Below are positions 1-49,419 of a stretch of DNA of 64,000 nucleotides, piece after piece. The stretch lies in NCBI GenBank assembly GCA_965287045.1, contig OZ336905.1, positions 9,672,001-9,736,000 of the forward strand, written 5' to 3'. This DNA comes from Carcharhinus amblyrhynchos (lineage: Eukaryota). The position numbers and the translations under genes were made by a program. Numbering within the stretch: position 1 is the stretch's first letter; each line of letters opens with the position of its first letter. The notes under the pieces were generated by a model. The model made no database searches. It was not told the origin of the DNA and saw only the letters and a program-made list of their open reading frames with translations.

Positions 1-426
1 CAGAGAGGAATGTTGTGGAAACAGGGTGGGACAGCAGTGAGACTTTGGTGAGCAAGGAGAAAACAGAACATGAGAGGAAAAAGCAGAACTGGAAATTAGC
101 AACAAAGAGGTAGAAAAGTTTGACTGTGGAGTAACAGCGAATCTGCAAATGCACATAGAAGAATGAGCTTTATCCACATGTGCAAAAGTAGGAAAGCTAT
201 ACATGACTAAAAGAGACTTGTGTTTAGTGATCAGAGACCAAGTGAAGAGATTCAGTACCTTGTTGGTTGAGAATCCAACATCTATGTTAGGCTAAAGTTC
301 AGTGTTAAGCACTAAATGGGATCTAAAGCCCTCTTGATGGCAGGGATCCTGACGTGGCTAAGTAAAGGAATGTCAGGGCTGTTCTGATGACTGGTGTGTG
401 GACTGTGTTTCCAAGGAATGAATGTT

Positions 427-718
427 TGGTTAGCACTGCTCCTTCACAGTGTCAGGGACCTGGGTTCAATTCCAGCTTGGGTTACTGTCTGTATGGATTT
501 TGCATGTTCTTCCCATATCTGCGTGGGTTTCCTCCGAGTGCTCCGGTAACCTCCCACAGTCCAAAAGACATGCTGGTTTGGTGCATTGGCCATGTTAAAG
601 TCCCCCTCAGTGTACCTGAACAGGCGCTGGAATATGGCGACTAGAGGATTTTCACAGTAACTTCATTGCACTGTTAATGTAAGCCTACTTGTGACAAATA
701 AGTAAACTTTAAAACTTT
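427..718 (+). mobile_element. tRNA-derived V-SINE (HE1-like), subfamily with ...aataaactttaa tail
   Basis: tggttagcactgct...gggttcaattcc head and V-domain gcgtgggtttcctccg.gtgctccgg; homologous copies at 15650-15955 and 22932-23236. Confidence 0.8.
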
Positions 719-913
719 CTAAGGCTGCCATGAAGTCAATAACTGACTATTTTGGCAATAGTGTAATGAGGATAAGAGACCATTGAAACTTGGAGGTCTA
801 AAATGGAATTTTGCTCAGATCTGACTTTCACAGGCAAAGTACCAAAGTCAATGACTTATGGCGCTCTCTTCCTATGTGAGGCCAGTGGAGTCATTTTGTG
901 TCCCCCTTTTGGA

Positions 914-2219
914 CAGGATATAGATAGGCTGGTATATTGGGCAGATATATGGCAAATGGAGTTTAATCCTGAAAAATGTGAAGTGCTGCATTTTGGCCGA
1001 AATAATGTAGGGGGGAGTTATACGATAAAGGGTAGACCTATAAAGAGTATAGAAATGCAGAAGGACCTGGGGGTGCAAGTGCACAAGTCTTTGAAGGTGG
1101 CAGTACAAGTGGAGAAGGTTGTGAAGAAAGCTTATGGTATGTTAGCCTTTATAGGAAGGGGTATAGAATATAAGAGCTGGAGTCTAATGTTGCAGTTGTA
1201 TAGAACGTTGGTTAGGCCACATTTGGAGTACTGCATCCAGTTCTCGTCGCCTTAGTACCGGAAGGACGTGGAGCCCCTGGAGAGAGTGCAGAGGAGGTTT
1301 GCCAGGATGCTGCCTGGTATGGAAGGACTGGGGTATGAAGAAAGATTGAACAAATTGGGGCTGTTTTCCCTTGAAAGACGGCGACTGAGGGGGGGATCTA
1401 ATAGAGGTATATAAGATTATGAAGGGTATAGATAGAGTAAACAGTGGTAAGCTTTTTCCTATGTTAGAAACACATAGTACGAGGGGCCACGGGCTTAGGG
1501 TGAGGGGGGAGAGGTATAACACGGATATTAGAGGGAGGTTTTTCACACAGAGGGTAGTGGGGGTATGGAATGCTCTGCCAAGTAAGGTGGTGGAGGCAGG
1601 TACGCTGGAGTTGTTTAAGAGTTACTTAAACAGGCACATGAGTGGGACGGAGATGGAGGGATATAGGAGAGTGTTTTAAATAAGGTTCAGTAGCCTTGGG
1701 ACATCCCTGGTAATGTGTAAGTATGAGGAATGATACTAATGTTTTTCTCTTTTAATTCACAGGTTTTAACTCGGTCCGCCTTGTTGTCCAACAAGGGGCA
1801 TACACGCGATGGGTCGTACTAGGGCTGCTCTTGGATGTTCAAGAATAGCCTAGTGCTTCATGTCGTTAGTGTACGCTTAAACTGGACCAGATGCTGGGCA
1901 ACACGACAGCTCAGTGACTATCACTGTTTGCTGTGCAGACACATGGATTTGGGCCGGTGTCTGTGGGAGTTTGCACATTCTCCCCGTGCTTGCGTGGGTT
2001 TTCTCCGGGTGCTCCGGTTTCCTCCCACACCCCAAAGATGTGCTATTAGGCTGATTGCAGGTAATAAATTGTCCCTAAATTAGTTTTCCCTCAATGTGGA
2101 ATGCTGTAAGCATAGATAAGGGTCATGGGTGGAGGGGGGACTCATAATGTTAAAATGGTGGCACGGGCTCGTTGGGCCAAAGGGCCTGTTTCCCGGGCTG
2201 TTTTTGTTCTTTGTTCTTT
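914..2219 (+). mobile_element. 5'-truncated CR1 LINE with a long composite 3' UTR containing a V-SINE
   Basis: ORF2 end WQMEFNPEKCEV...LVRPHLEYC...RFFTQRVV.VWN.LP with a stop and a frameshift; (TTTGTTC)n tail. Confidence 0.9.
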
Positions 2220-2329
2220 CCCTTTGAATCCAGGCAAAGAGGTTCAGGAGAAAGGTGGCGTGTTTTGTGGGAAAGGCTTGGTAGCTGCTAAACTGGCTTA
2301 CCAATTCATTTGCATACTCACTTGCATGT

Positions 2330-2645
2330 AAGGGAATGGTAGCATAGTTATGTTACTGGACTCGTAATCCAGAGATCTGAACAAATGATCCAAAGACATG
2401 AGTTCAAATCCCACCATGGCCATTTGGAAACTTAGTAATGATGACCATGTCCTTTAGGGAAGGAAATCTCTTGCCTTTAGCTAGTCTGGCCTATGAGCGA
2501 CTCCAGCCTCAAAGTAATATGATTAACTCTGTCTCCTAAATGCCCTTTGAAATGGTCTATCAAGCCACTCAGTGAAGGGTAATTAAGGATGGGCAATAAA
2601 TTATACCATCCTAGGAGATGCTCACATCCTATGAATGAATTTAAA
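2330..2645 (+). mobile_element. tRNA-headed SINE with gggcaataaat...atgaatgaat tail
   Basis: gagttcaaatcccaccatggc box-B-like head; same family as 5505-7210 and 19370-19675. Confidence 0.7.
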
Positions 2646-4049
2646 ACAAAACTGCCAACAGTGATGAGGCTTCAGGTGAGCAAAGTCTGCTGTTGGATGT
2701 CAGGTACAGTCGAATGGATGGAAGGGATACTGTTGAACCATTGACTGAAGAACTCATTGTTTTTGCCATCATGCCAACAAGAGAGAGGCTGCTGCTATAG
2801 TGGGCAGAGCACCGGAACCTTCCAGGAAGTGAATGAGCTGGATCCACGGCCAATCATGCTTCAATCACTTTTAAAAATGGTAATGGAGGTCCTGGAGGGG
2901 AAAGCAGGCGATCGAGTCAGGAGTGATGAAAAAATAATGGTTCATTAAATCGTTAACGTTTGAAAGGTAAATGGCTAACATTTTTCCTACATAACAACTG
3001 AAGTAAACCTACTGTTGTCACTATTTTATATATAGAAAGGTTGAAATAAATGGTCCAGCATGTTTGGCCAGGTTACATCACCCAGTAGAAATACTGCACA
3101 CGGAGGAAGGAGCACACCAGGCTGACTGGCATACTCAGGGTGAGCAAATTGACCAGTGAGTTAGTTTGCTCAAGTGTCCTTATTTGCACCATGTGATGCA
3201 AGGCATTGATGTTTCTATGCATGTGGTGGAATATTGTCATTGCCCTGGGTTCTTGGATCACTCCCTGTGTGCGCACGGTGTTAAAAGGATGTTGAGGGGG
3301 ACAACTGCTGTGCATTGTGGCTAAGGTGTTCCTTTATGTGTTACAGGTGCGCAGACCAATGACTTGGTTGTTTCCTGAGGTGGCCCTGTGCAGGATCCTT
3401 GAAAAGTGTGATGTCCTCTCACTGCTCAAATGTCTTGGCAGTGAATTTGCCCATGGGTGAAGGTTCTTCCTATTGCCTTTTCCCTCCTGTGGCGTGACAG
3501 TGGTGTTTTCAGGCATCAATGCTGATGGAGAACTAGATATGGAAGAATGGTGTGTAGTGATGTGTTACAAAACACTTCACTCTTTGTAACGGAAGCAAGC
3601 TGTTCTTTATCCCTCAGCTCAAAACCAACCAGCAGTTCATTTTGAATCCATGACCCATGACCCCTGTAAGCATTTGACTTCTATCCAGTTCTCTCTGTAC
3701 TTCATTAGCATCTTGTCAATTCACTCATACGACATGCTTACAAGTTGCACAGCACAATGCTCCATTACAGAATTTAATGCATTGCTAATGCATGACCTTA
3801 GAAACGGCATGTACTGAGGAGATTTTTGTTTTTAAACATCTGCCACACATGATATTAAATTAGTTGTTTTTATAAAACTTTGTGATGCTGATGGAAGTGG
3901 ACAAAGGACATTATACTTGTGTTCCCACCACCGACTGATGTGTTGGAAGCATAATTTTGAATTAGCATATATGCTGCAGCGACCCACTTAAAAGAAAGAG
4001 AACCTGGCTACCTAACACAAACACAGAGATGTCATCAAAATAATGGGTG

Positions 4050-5490
4050 CAGCCATCAACATCAGCTTGGATTCAGATAGCATTCATTACATTGTAAGAG
4101 GACATAAGTTGCAGGACAAAAATGGACAGGGAGCAATAAAGCAAGAGTTGGGACGGGTAAGCTTTGAGGGCTTTTTATAAAGCAGACAGAAAGGTTCAAC
4201 GATATAGTGAAGGGCAAGGACTTGGATGAGAGCAAGGAGGGAAGCAATGGACGGAGGAGTGATGGGACAGGATGTGGGCAGCAGAGGCTGGTGAGTGTGA
4301 AGGTGATGCCAGGATGTGTAATCAGCTAAGATCTCTCAATATTGCAGGGGTCAAAGTAAACAGTCTTGCCGATGGAAAGGACATGGAGCTTGAAGCTCAG
4401 CTTTTGTTTGAACAAGACACCAAGGTTGCAGTTAGTCTGGTTCAAAAAAAATGAACAGCAGAAGGGGGAATGGAATCGAGCCTAGGCTGTTGATCCTTTT
4501 TATCAGGAGCAAAATCAGATGGCCTCAGTCTTCAAAATGTTCAGTTTGGTAAAGTGCTGACTCATTACAACCTGACATTCATGAACAGTGGTTGTGCAGT
4601 CCAGGGTTGTGGAGAAGAGACATCCTCAGTGCAGGCAGAAGGAGTAGCCTAAGGCTGAAACTGTTAGGTTTATTGGAAGTGGGCATTGGAGGAGAAGCTA
4701 TTGCTGGAAATATGTTGGACATATTGGGGTATGTAAAAGGGTAGTGCCATGGAGTAACCACAGAGAAAAGGCAGTGGCAAAGGTGGAGTGATCAATTGGT
4801 GTGGAGAGCTGAATGAGGATGAGGAAGGATGACAGACTGTAGTCACTCTCACACAGGATGTTGGTGACATTGATAAGGACGGTCTTCTTGCGATTCAAAG
4901 GGCATAAACTGGATTGAATAGACTGAAACAGGGAAATGTGGGAGAGCCGAGCATGAAATTGGATGGGAGCAACATCTGCAAAGACCTTTTAGAGGAATGG
5001 GAGGATAGACGTGGAACCATTGTTCAAGAGAAGAGAGGGATTGAGGGCAAGCTAACAGAGAAATGAGCAATCACAGTGGTGTTAAAGGAGAAGGGAATGA
5101 TGTCTTTCCGGAGGGAGCTATTAATGATTTTAATGAACATTGAGGCCAGGAATGTGGCATTGATGAAGGTGAGTATGTGAGGGATGCATAGACCATGGGT
5201 TGGGGGAAAGCAGAGTGTTGTGATATCAAGGCTGCTCTGAGGGGAAAGCCAGAGGAGGAGGAGACTGTGGCTGAGGCAACAGGATAGCCTCAATCTTGGA
5301 GACAAAAAAGTCTAGAAGATCCTCACATTTGACATTGAACATGCTGGTGGAGAGGTTGATCACAATGAAAAGGAGCCTGGAATTGTTCTTACTCTCTGGG
5401 ATGATTCTGGTTTTGCTTGTGGAGAAGGTTACATGTGATCTGAACATGAATAATCAGGTCAGTGGTGTGCTCACATCTCTGTCACTCTGA
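4050..5490 (-). mobile_element. Ancient, degraded L2-type LINE ORF2
   Basis: Remnant peptides such as NSRLLF.VINL...CEDLLDFFVSKIEAI; many stops; similar purine-biased decay at 1-380 and about 30400-30800. Confidence 0.5.
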
Positions 5491-5504
5491 GACTTGAGGA
5501 TATA

Positions 5505-7210
5505 GGGGAGGTGGCCCACTGGTATTATCACTAGACTATTAATCCAGAAACTGGGGGCCAGGTTTTGAATCCCCCCATGGCAGATGGTGGAATTTGAATT
5601 CAATTTTTTTAAAATCTGGAATTAAGAATCTCCTGATGACCATGAAACCATTGTTGATTGTCAGAAAAACCCATCTGGTTCACTAATGTCCTTTAGGGAA
5701 GAAAATCTGCTGTCCTTACCTGGTCTGGCCTGCACGTGACTCCAGAACCACAGAAATGTGGTTCACTCTCAACTGCCCTCTGCAAGCCACTTAGTTTCAA
5801 AGAACAAAGAACAAAAACAGCCCGGGAAACAGGCCCTTCGGCCCAACGAGCCCACGCCGCCATTTTAACATTACCAGTCCCCCCCCTCCACCCATGACCC
5901 TTATCTATTGTTTTATGGCAATCCACATTGAGGGAAACTAATTTAGGGACGATTTATTACTTCCAGTCAGCCTAATAGCACATCTTTGGGGTGTGGGAGG
6001 AAACTGGAGCACCCAGAGAAAACCCACGCAAGCACGGGGAGAATGCGCAAACTCCCACAGACACCGGCCCAAATCCATGTGTCTGCACAGCAATCAGTGA
6101 TAGTCACTGAGCTGTCGTGTTGCCCAGTATCTGGTCCAGTTTAAGCATACACTAACGACATGAAGCACTAGGCCAATCTCGAACATTTAAGAGCAGCCCA
6201 AGTACGACCCATCGCGTGTATGCCCCTCGTTGGACAACAAGGCGGACCGACTTAAAACCTGTGAATTAAAAGAGAAAAAACATTATTGTCATACCATATC
6301 CTTTTACATTACGAGGGACGTCCCAATGCTAATGAACCTTATTTAAAACAATCTCCTATATCCTCCCATTTCCAACCCACTCATGTGCCTGTCTAAGTTA
6401 CTCTTAAACAACTCCAGCGTGCTTGCCTCCACCACCTTACTTGGCAGAGCATTCCATACCCCCACTACCCTCTGTGTGAAAAACCTCCGTCTAATATCTG
6501 TGTTATACCTCTCCCCCCTCACCTTAAGCCCATGGCCCCTCATACTGTGTGTCTCTAACACAGGAAATAGCTTACCTCTGTTTACTCTATCTATACCCTT
6601 CATAATCTTATATACCTCTATTAGATCCCCCCTCAGTCGCCGTCTTTGTTCAACCTTTCCTCATACCTCAGTCCTTCCATACCAGGCAACATCCTGGTAA
6701 ACCTCCTCTGCACTCTCTCCAGGGTCTCCACGTCCTTCCAGTAGTAAGGCGACCAGAACTGGACGCAGTACTCTAAATGCGGCCTAACCAACGTTCTAAA
6801 CAACTGCAACATTAGACTCCAGCTCTTATACTCTATACCCCTTCCTATAAAGGCTAACATACCATAGGCTTTCTTCACAACCTTCTCCACTTGTACTGCC
6901 ACCTTCAAAGACTTGTGCACTTGCACCCCCAGGTCTCGCTGCGTTTCTATACTCTTTATGGACTTACCCTTTATCATATAACTCCCCCCTACATTATTCC
7001 GGCCAAAATGCAGCACCTCACATTTATCCGGATTAAACTCCATTTGCCATATATCTGCCCAATATACCAGCCTATCAATATCCCGTTGTATTGCCAGACA
7101 CTGCTCCTCACTGTCCACCAATCCAGCCATCTTGGTGTCATCAGCAACTAGGAATAGGCAATAAATGCTGGCCCAGCCAGCAAAGCCCATGTCCTACGAA
7201 TAAAAAAAAA
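5505..7210 (+). mobile_element. tRNA-headed SINE (5505-5798 joined to 7147-7210) split by a CR1 insertion
   Basis: Body ends gcaagccacttagtttc and resumes gcaactaggaataggcaataaatgctggcccagcc...poly(A). Confidence 0.75.
5799..7146 (-). mobile_element. Second copy of the CR1/V-SINE composite, inverted relative to 914-2219
   Basis: ORFs 6633..7190 and 6343..6603 are nearly the same as the + copy; same unusual 3' UTR. Confidence 0.9.
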
Positions 7211-8319
7211 CAGAGGTGGGAGAGGTAGCCATCTGTACATAAGTTTAAATATTACATCACACTGAGACCTTTGTCTTTTTCTGTTCAAACAATGGCTAAC
7301 TTTAAGTTGTAAAAATCTTTGTGAAAAAGAAAATAAACGGAGGATCCACTATATTTGCGTGCTGTGTCATGGAGGAATACTATAGCTGTGAATGGCATTT
7401 CAGTCAGTTGACTGTGAGTTAGGGCTGTGATATGCTATGAGGTCCGAGGAACTTTTCTTCACACACAATTTTCATATAGTCAACCCCTCTTTAGCTCTAA
7501 GGTGGTTATATTTTGTGTTTGATATCCAAATCCAGAATTTGTAAGAGTTAAGCAAACAGTTACATGGTTCAGTCCATAATGATCAGAATATTTAAAAGGA
7601 GTGATTTTCTGACTTTGTGCTTCCAGTGAGAGCTTGAGTTGAAAATCTGTCACACGGTATGATTTTCCAGTCACTTAAGTTAATGATGCACTCAAACTTC
7701 CAATATTGGCCCCTCACACACACACTGTGAATTCAGGAAATTACTCTTTAAAGTTTTGTGGTTAGTATGCAGCTATCACACTGAAGACATCACATGTTAA
7801 AGCATCACACTTTGTCAAGGAAAACAATTTTTTAAAAAAATCTTAAAATTAAGTTTTTTTTAAAAAAGAGGAGAAAATCCAGCCATTTCCTGCTGGTTTT
7901 CTGGACTTTGATAACTTTGTTTCACCCCCAAGTGCAGGAACTGAGGATTAACAAGTGCTGCCAATCTAGACCTTCAGGATATGCTTATTTAAACAAAGGG
8001 AATGTTGGCAATGTGGCCTTATTGAACTGAATGCCACCTTTACTGATAAACATCATCACTCTGCCACAGACCAACACTGGGAGAATAGGGAGGGGAGAAT
8101 CAGTTAGTTCTTGTTAAGAGTTGCTATGGCGCTGGTTCTTACGAACCCTCTGCAGGCCACAGCCATTATATTTATTGGTGTCTTCCATTTGCTACTGGTC
8201 TATTAATATTGAACACTAAACATTGAACCATTACATACCATTCTTATGATTTCCAGACTCCACAAATGTATTTGTCAGCATCCGCCCAGTGAGACAGTTA
8301 ATATTTTAGGTAGATGAGT

Positions 8320-8452
8320 TCTTACGAAAGATTTCTGACCTGGAATGTCAAGTCCCCATCTCTCTTCACAGATGCTGCCAGACTTGTTGAGTAATTTCAG
8401 CGTCATCTGTTTCTGTTTTAGATTTGCAGTATCTGCAGTATTTTGCTTTTGT
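8320..8452 (+). repeat. Penelope-like short repeat remnant (...ctctcttcacagatgctgcc.gac.tg.tgag...); relatives at 9819-9883, 21945-22080 and 27460-27555 (-)
   Basis: Recurrent shared motif; the 27460-27555 copy retains a hammerhead-like TGACAAAGGGTC...GACTTGAAAC core on the - strand. Confidence 0.5.
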
Positions 8453-8934
8453 GTCTGTGAAGCTGCAGCCCAGTGAGGGGTCAGCACCTGAAGGATAGCA
8501 GGGGAGGCAATGTTTGTGATTTATTTGATGTGATTCATTCCCAGGTATTTCAACGTGCCATAGTTGTTGACAAAATGTTGGCAACCTATAAATGTATCCT
8601 TGTTTGTAAAAAAAAGCTTGCATTTATATAGCACCCTTCATGATCTCAGGCTGTCCAACAGCCAATGATGTTCTTTAGAAGCCTGCTCAATAGTATAATG
8701 TAAATGTGATCAAACAACGATGGTGAAAATGTAATTTCTCTTGTGCTGAGATTACTACTTTCTCTGTGCACTGTCAGAGCTCATCCTCACAGTGGTAAAT
8801 GTGCAGAATTTCAGCACAGCTTCTGCTAACAGCAAAATTAACAGGAACAAGGCACTTTCACAGTTCAGCAGTAACTGGGTGGATTTGCTGCATCAATTTG
8901 GAGACGTGGTCTGTAATATTTACAGAAATAGAAA

Positions 8935-9300
8935 TGAATTGCATTTCTGTAGCACCTTCCACATCCTCATGATCCAAAGTGCTTCACAGCCAGGGAGGTA
9001 CTCTTGAAATCTAGTCATTGTTACGTAGAGAAATATACCAAACTGCAATGTGCTGATGGCCAGATCTGTTTGTAGTGGTGTTGGTTGAATAAATATTAGT
9101 CAGAATACTACAAAGATCTGGCCTGCTCTACTTAAGTTAGTGTCATGGGATCTTTGACGTCAAGTTAAAGAACAGTCCAATGCTCCCTCAGTACTCTCCT
9201 GCAATGTCAATCTAGATTATGGGACTGTAGTCTCAGGACTGGAGCTTGAACCCACAATCTTCTGAATCAGAGGTGAAAATGTCTTTGCTGAGCCTGTGAA
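8935..9300 (-). mobile_element. DeuSINE-like (SacSINE1-type) SINE, degenerate; another fragment at about 8615-8700
   Basis: ttgcattt.t.tagcacc tail and cctcagtact...cttgaacccacaa head on the reverse strand. Confidence 0.6.
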
Positions 9301-10277
9301 GACATTGACGCAGAATCTTCTGTTTGTGAAAAATAACCAGGTAACTGACTGAAGCAGTAGCAACAAATGCTGCTCAGTTTGGATGGGCTGTTGATACTGT
9401 TGTAGTGAGGGGAGGAGGGGCTGTGAGGTGAACTAGTCAAATAGAAACGAAAGAGTCTCTTCAAAGCAGTTTGGAAGTGTGGTGCTATGACAACAGCTAG
9501 TGCCACTAGAATGCTGAGCATGGGTTTAATTCTTTCATCCTCAGCCATGTCCCGGCATGGAAGAGCCAACACATTCCCACAAAGCAAAGTTTTTACTTAA
9601 GATAGCGACAACCTATTAATAAAATGTGTGGGGCCGTGTTTGCAAGAAAGCAACTTAGGTGGAATCTTTCCCCCACTCTTCCCCCTTTCCCTGCTAGAAC
9701 CTAACTGGTTTCGACTCAACAGCTCCCCCTGGTGGCACAGCTGAAATCAATAAATCGATGCTCATAGGTAATCGCAAGTTTCAAGCTGCATTTCAGTATA
9801 TTAAGGTAATAGTAATTTCCGACCTGGAATGTCATCTCTCTTCACAGATGCTGCCAGACTTGTTGAGTAATTTCAGCGTCATCAATAGTAATAGTAATTT
9901 AATAGGTAATGATCAGTCAAAACACATTTTTGAGTGTGTTTGAACGTGTATGTGGTGACTCAGTATTTCACGTTTTTATTGGCATGACTTGCTGTGAGCT
10001 GAATACCTTACGACTGGCAACAACAACGTGTATTTGACGATTTTTAAAAGCTTAGAAAACTGACTTAAAGACCAGCCCCACAGAGAGACCACTGGGCATG
10101 ATTTTGTGTCAACAGTAAGTGAACAGATAAGACTGGGCCCTCGAGTTAGAAAAATGTCTGTCAGGAATACCAGAAGATTGGCTTGGAAAGAGCTTTTTTG
10201 TAGCTGGAAGCTCTATTGAAAAGTCAAGAGCAGCTTGTGGGCTGATTTTTTTTTTCTTTTGTGATTCCTATTTGTGA

Positions 10278-46299
<36,022 letters not shown>

Positions 46300-48604
46300 C
46301 GATTCTCCTCAGCAACTGGTACCAAAGAATTCTGGGACGCCTCTCTATCAACACAACCTGAATCTCCCCTGTCCCTTCCCAAAAGCACTTTATACATGCT
46401 GTTTAATTACATTGCTTCTAGTCCTCTGCATATTATCAATACTGTAGTAGTAATAGTTCAATAGTCAAAGGATTTTCAAAAGATTGTCAAAATACCCAGC
46501 CCTAGAATCAGCTACACTATCTTAACACATACAATGGGTTTGTGCCTCCTTGAATAGAGCAAAGTGTCTTAATTCAATTCTAGAATTATAAAAAAGCCAT
46601 TTTATCTCCCTTTCTCTTTTAGCCTAGGTTGTGGTTGAAGGTAAGAACCAGAGTAAGGTCTCAAAATATGAATGCACTCAGCTCATTTCATTTAGATTAT
46701 TTGCCATTTAATTCACAGGATTAGTATAATCTTTACTCTCCTCTAGTCCTGTTAAGTATTGGCATATGAAAAGTGTTAATTGTGCTGAATTTTCCTCAAG
46801 GGTACATTTATGTATGCTGCAGTATCACCACGTATAAGGCTGTATTAAATTTACAACAATAAGACAGTTCTGTACAACTCAACCATTCTCATGTCATAGC
46901 TACTTTTTTCCCCTATTTTAAGTGATTAAGTGAGTCAGTGACATAGGAAAATTAAAGAGCTCCTAATGAGAAATAGCCAGTCTCTAGCACATGGATGAAG
47001 AGTGAACAGATTAGTTGCTATGGCAATGTGTGGTTTTGAAAGATTGCTATCTGAGAGTTCTTTCAGATAAACCCTATGGTTGGTGCCCTATCAGTGGGCT
47101 TGTTACAACAAAATCAGCTGCTTAGGAGACCTTTCTTGGGTTGCTTTAAACATCTTATGTAGAGAATTTTCCCCTGTAAAATTGAACCTTATTTGTAACA
47201 GGTGATCTAAGCAGTTGATGAAGCCACACATGAATTCAGTTTGTAGTTCAGTCCTACTGCTAAGTGAACGAGACAAAGGAATACAAAAACTTGTTATGTA
47301 CTATGATGGGGTTTAAAATCCGAAATGTGGCTCGTCAGTATTCTATAGTCCAGTGGCTTCAGTTGCGTGTGGGATTGAAGGATATTTATTCCTCTTTGGT
47401 TCTTCCTATTGATGTTAAGTGGCTCAGCGTGCAAAACAAAAATCTAGAAAAGCACTCAGCATTTCTGCTTGGCTTGGAATCTAAGCCATTGCACGTTTAT
47501 AAATGAGCCTGCCTCAGAATGTGTTTTAGCAGCCCTGGCTTAGTGAATGAAAGGAGCCTTTTCTATGCCACACTAGTGCACATCTTAAGAGTCAGTCAGT
47601 CAGGAGGGACAAGACAATGGAGATGATTGTGGGGCAGAATGTTTTTCCTCAGCTGTTTAAAGCATTAATAGGCAGATATGATCTATATTTTTAGCAAAGG
47701 GAGGATGGGGGGGTTGCAGTGGTAGAGGAAGAGAAGGGTAAGAAGATAGAGGTCATAAGCTCTGGAAAGCAGGTGAATGAAGCACCTATTCCAGAATCTT
47801 TCTATTCAAGGAATGTGGCAGTCCAAAATAAAAACACAAGATTGTGATTTCACAGGTTTTCTGGAATGCTGTTGTCTTGGCTCTAGTTTAGCCACAGCCC
47901 GTGTGCCAGTAGTGATAGGTTCACCAAAGCATAGATTTACAGGTATAGCATCTCTTCGAATTAGACTTGAATTTGCACAGCTCATGCTTAAGAGTACTTA
48001 TTCTGCACTTAGCAATGACATGATATTTCCTCTGGAGAAGAGGCACACTAAGTCTCCTTGTACCACATTGCGTTCAGCAAGTCTTGCTTCCATGTAACTT
48101 TAATCATGCAAGTCAAAGGACCCCTGCATCAGAATGTTCCTGTTTTGTAGTGTGATGTAGTGATCCATCCTGTGCACCAAGATGATGATGAAATACATGA
48201 TTTGTGAATAAATGCAAGGTGAGAGGGCCCAGTTACAGTTGCTGTGGTCCAACTTGACTCGAGCTCAGCTTCACTGCACAGAGGGCAAGTAGTGGATGCT
48301 ACTCAGTTGAGTGGCAGAAGTGAGCCGATCCCCTCCAAAAAAATTTGTGGAGCATGGGTCTGGAAAGTGAAGGAAATACGGAGTGTAAACCCAATATAGA
48401 TGGACAGTATGGTACCCAGAAACAAACTAAGAATACTCCAGGATTGATTACTGGCCTGTGCTAAATTAGCTGAAATAGTTTGAGGAGCAAAGATTAAAAA
48501 AGAGACTACAAAACGTTTGGGCACAGATTAATACTGTACACTGTTTGCTTTCCTCCCTACACATTCATATTGCTATAGAGCATGCTTTCTTGACAAAAGC
48601 ACTT

Positions 48605-48610
48605 AATAAA
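48605..48610 (+). promoter_or_regulatory. Candidate polyadenylation signal of the kinase gene (others at 48207 and 53091)
   Basis: AATAAA about 2.3 kb after the stop in a repeat-poor, AT-rich, UTR-like region; which signal is used cannot be determined from sequence. Confidence 0.3.
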
Positions 48611-49094
48611 TCGGAAATACTGCGCATCGTCACAATACGTTCATGATCATGCTCAAGTGGGACTGCAGAATCTTGCCAACATGCCCAAATACAGGAAACA
48701 AATTATAAATACGCATCTGGACCTTCACTCTTAAAGAGAAGACAACACCACCCCGCCTCCTGCCCTGGTTTAGACTTCTGTGCATGCAGTTTAGAGGGGG
48801 AAAAAAAATAACCACTGGACCCACTGCAGAGAAATAAAAGAGTTCCACTGAAAACAGGCAGAGGTGTTCATGAGAGGGGGGCGGGGAGAAAGAGGTCTGG
48901 AAGGAGAAACAACAGTGCATCAATCCAAAAATATTTTTTGAGGGAGGGTTGGGGGTTTGTGGAGAGACAAGGGGAAGACTGGTTAAATTATAGTCAGATC
49001 ACTCAATACTGCCCTATTCTTTTCTCAACATTATGGTATTTGCAAGTTCATAAACTGGGATATAGAATTGGCCATAAAGTGGTACAGTATGCCA

Positions 49095-49285
49095 GGTATT
49101 GGGTCAGTTTAGCTTAGCTGGTGATGCAGAGTGATGCCAACAGCACAGGTTCAATTCCCATACTGTCATTCATTAAGACCCCACCTTCTCAACCTTGCCC
49201 CTTACCTGAGCTGTGGTAATCCTCAGGCTAAAAGGGGAGAGTAGCCTGCGGTTATCTGGGACTATGACAACTTTATTTTAACTTT
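49095..49285 (+). mobile_element. Short tRNA-derived SINE-like element
   Basis: tagcttagctgg / ggttcaattcc A- and B-box-like motifs and (actttat)n tail. Confidence 0.5.
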
Positions 49286-49419
49286 ATGCCAGGCATTCAA
49301 TTTAAAGTGGGCCAAGAGGGTGTACATTGCACTTTGTTCCAAACACAGCTGTGAAATAGCCAATTCTGGGATTGGAACAGTTATTTCATAACCAGAGAAT
49401 ATGCTATAATGCTTTGCTG

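Noticed and set aside
427-480. tRNA genes at SINE heads
   Set aside because: A/B-box-like motifs continue into SINE bodies; no complete cloverleaf seen
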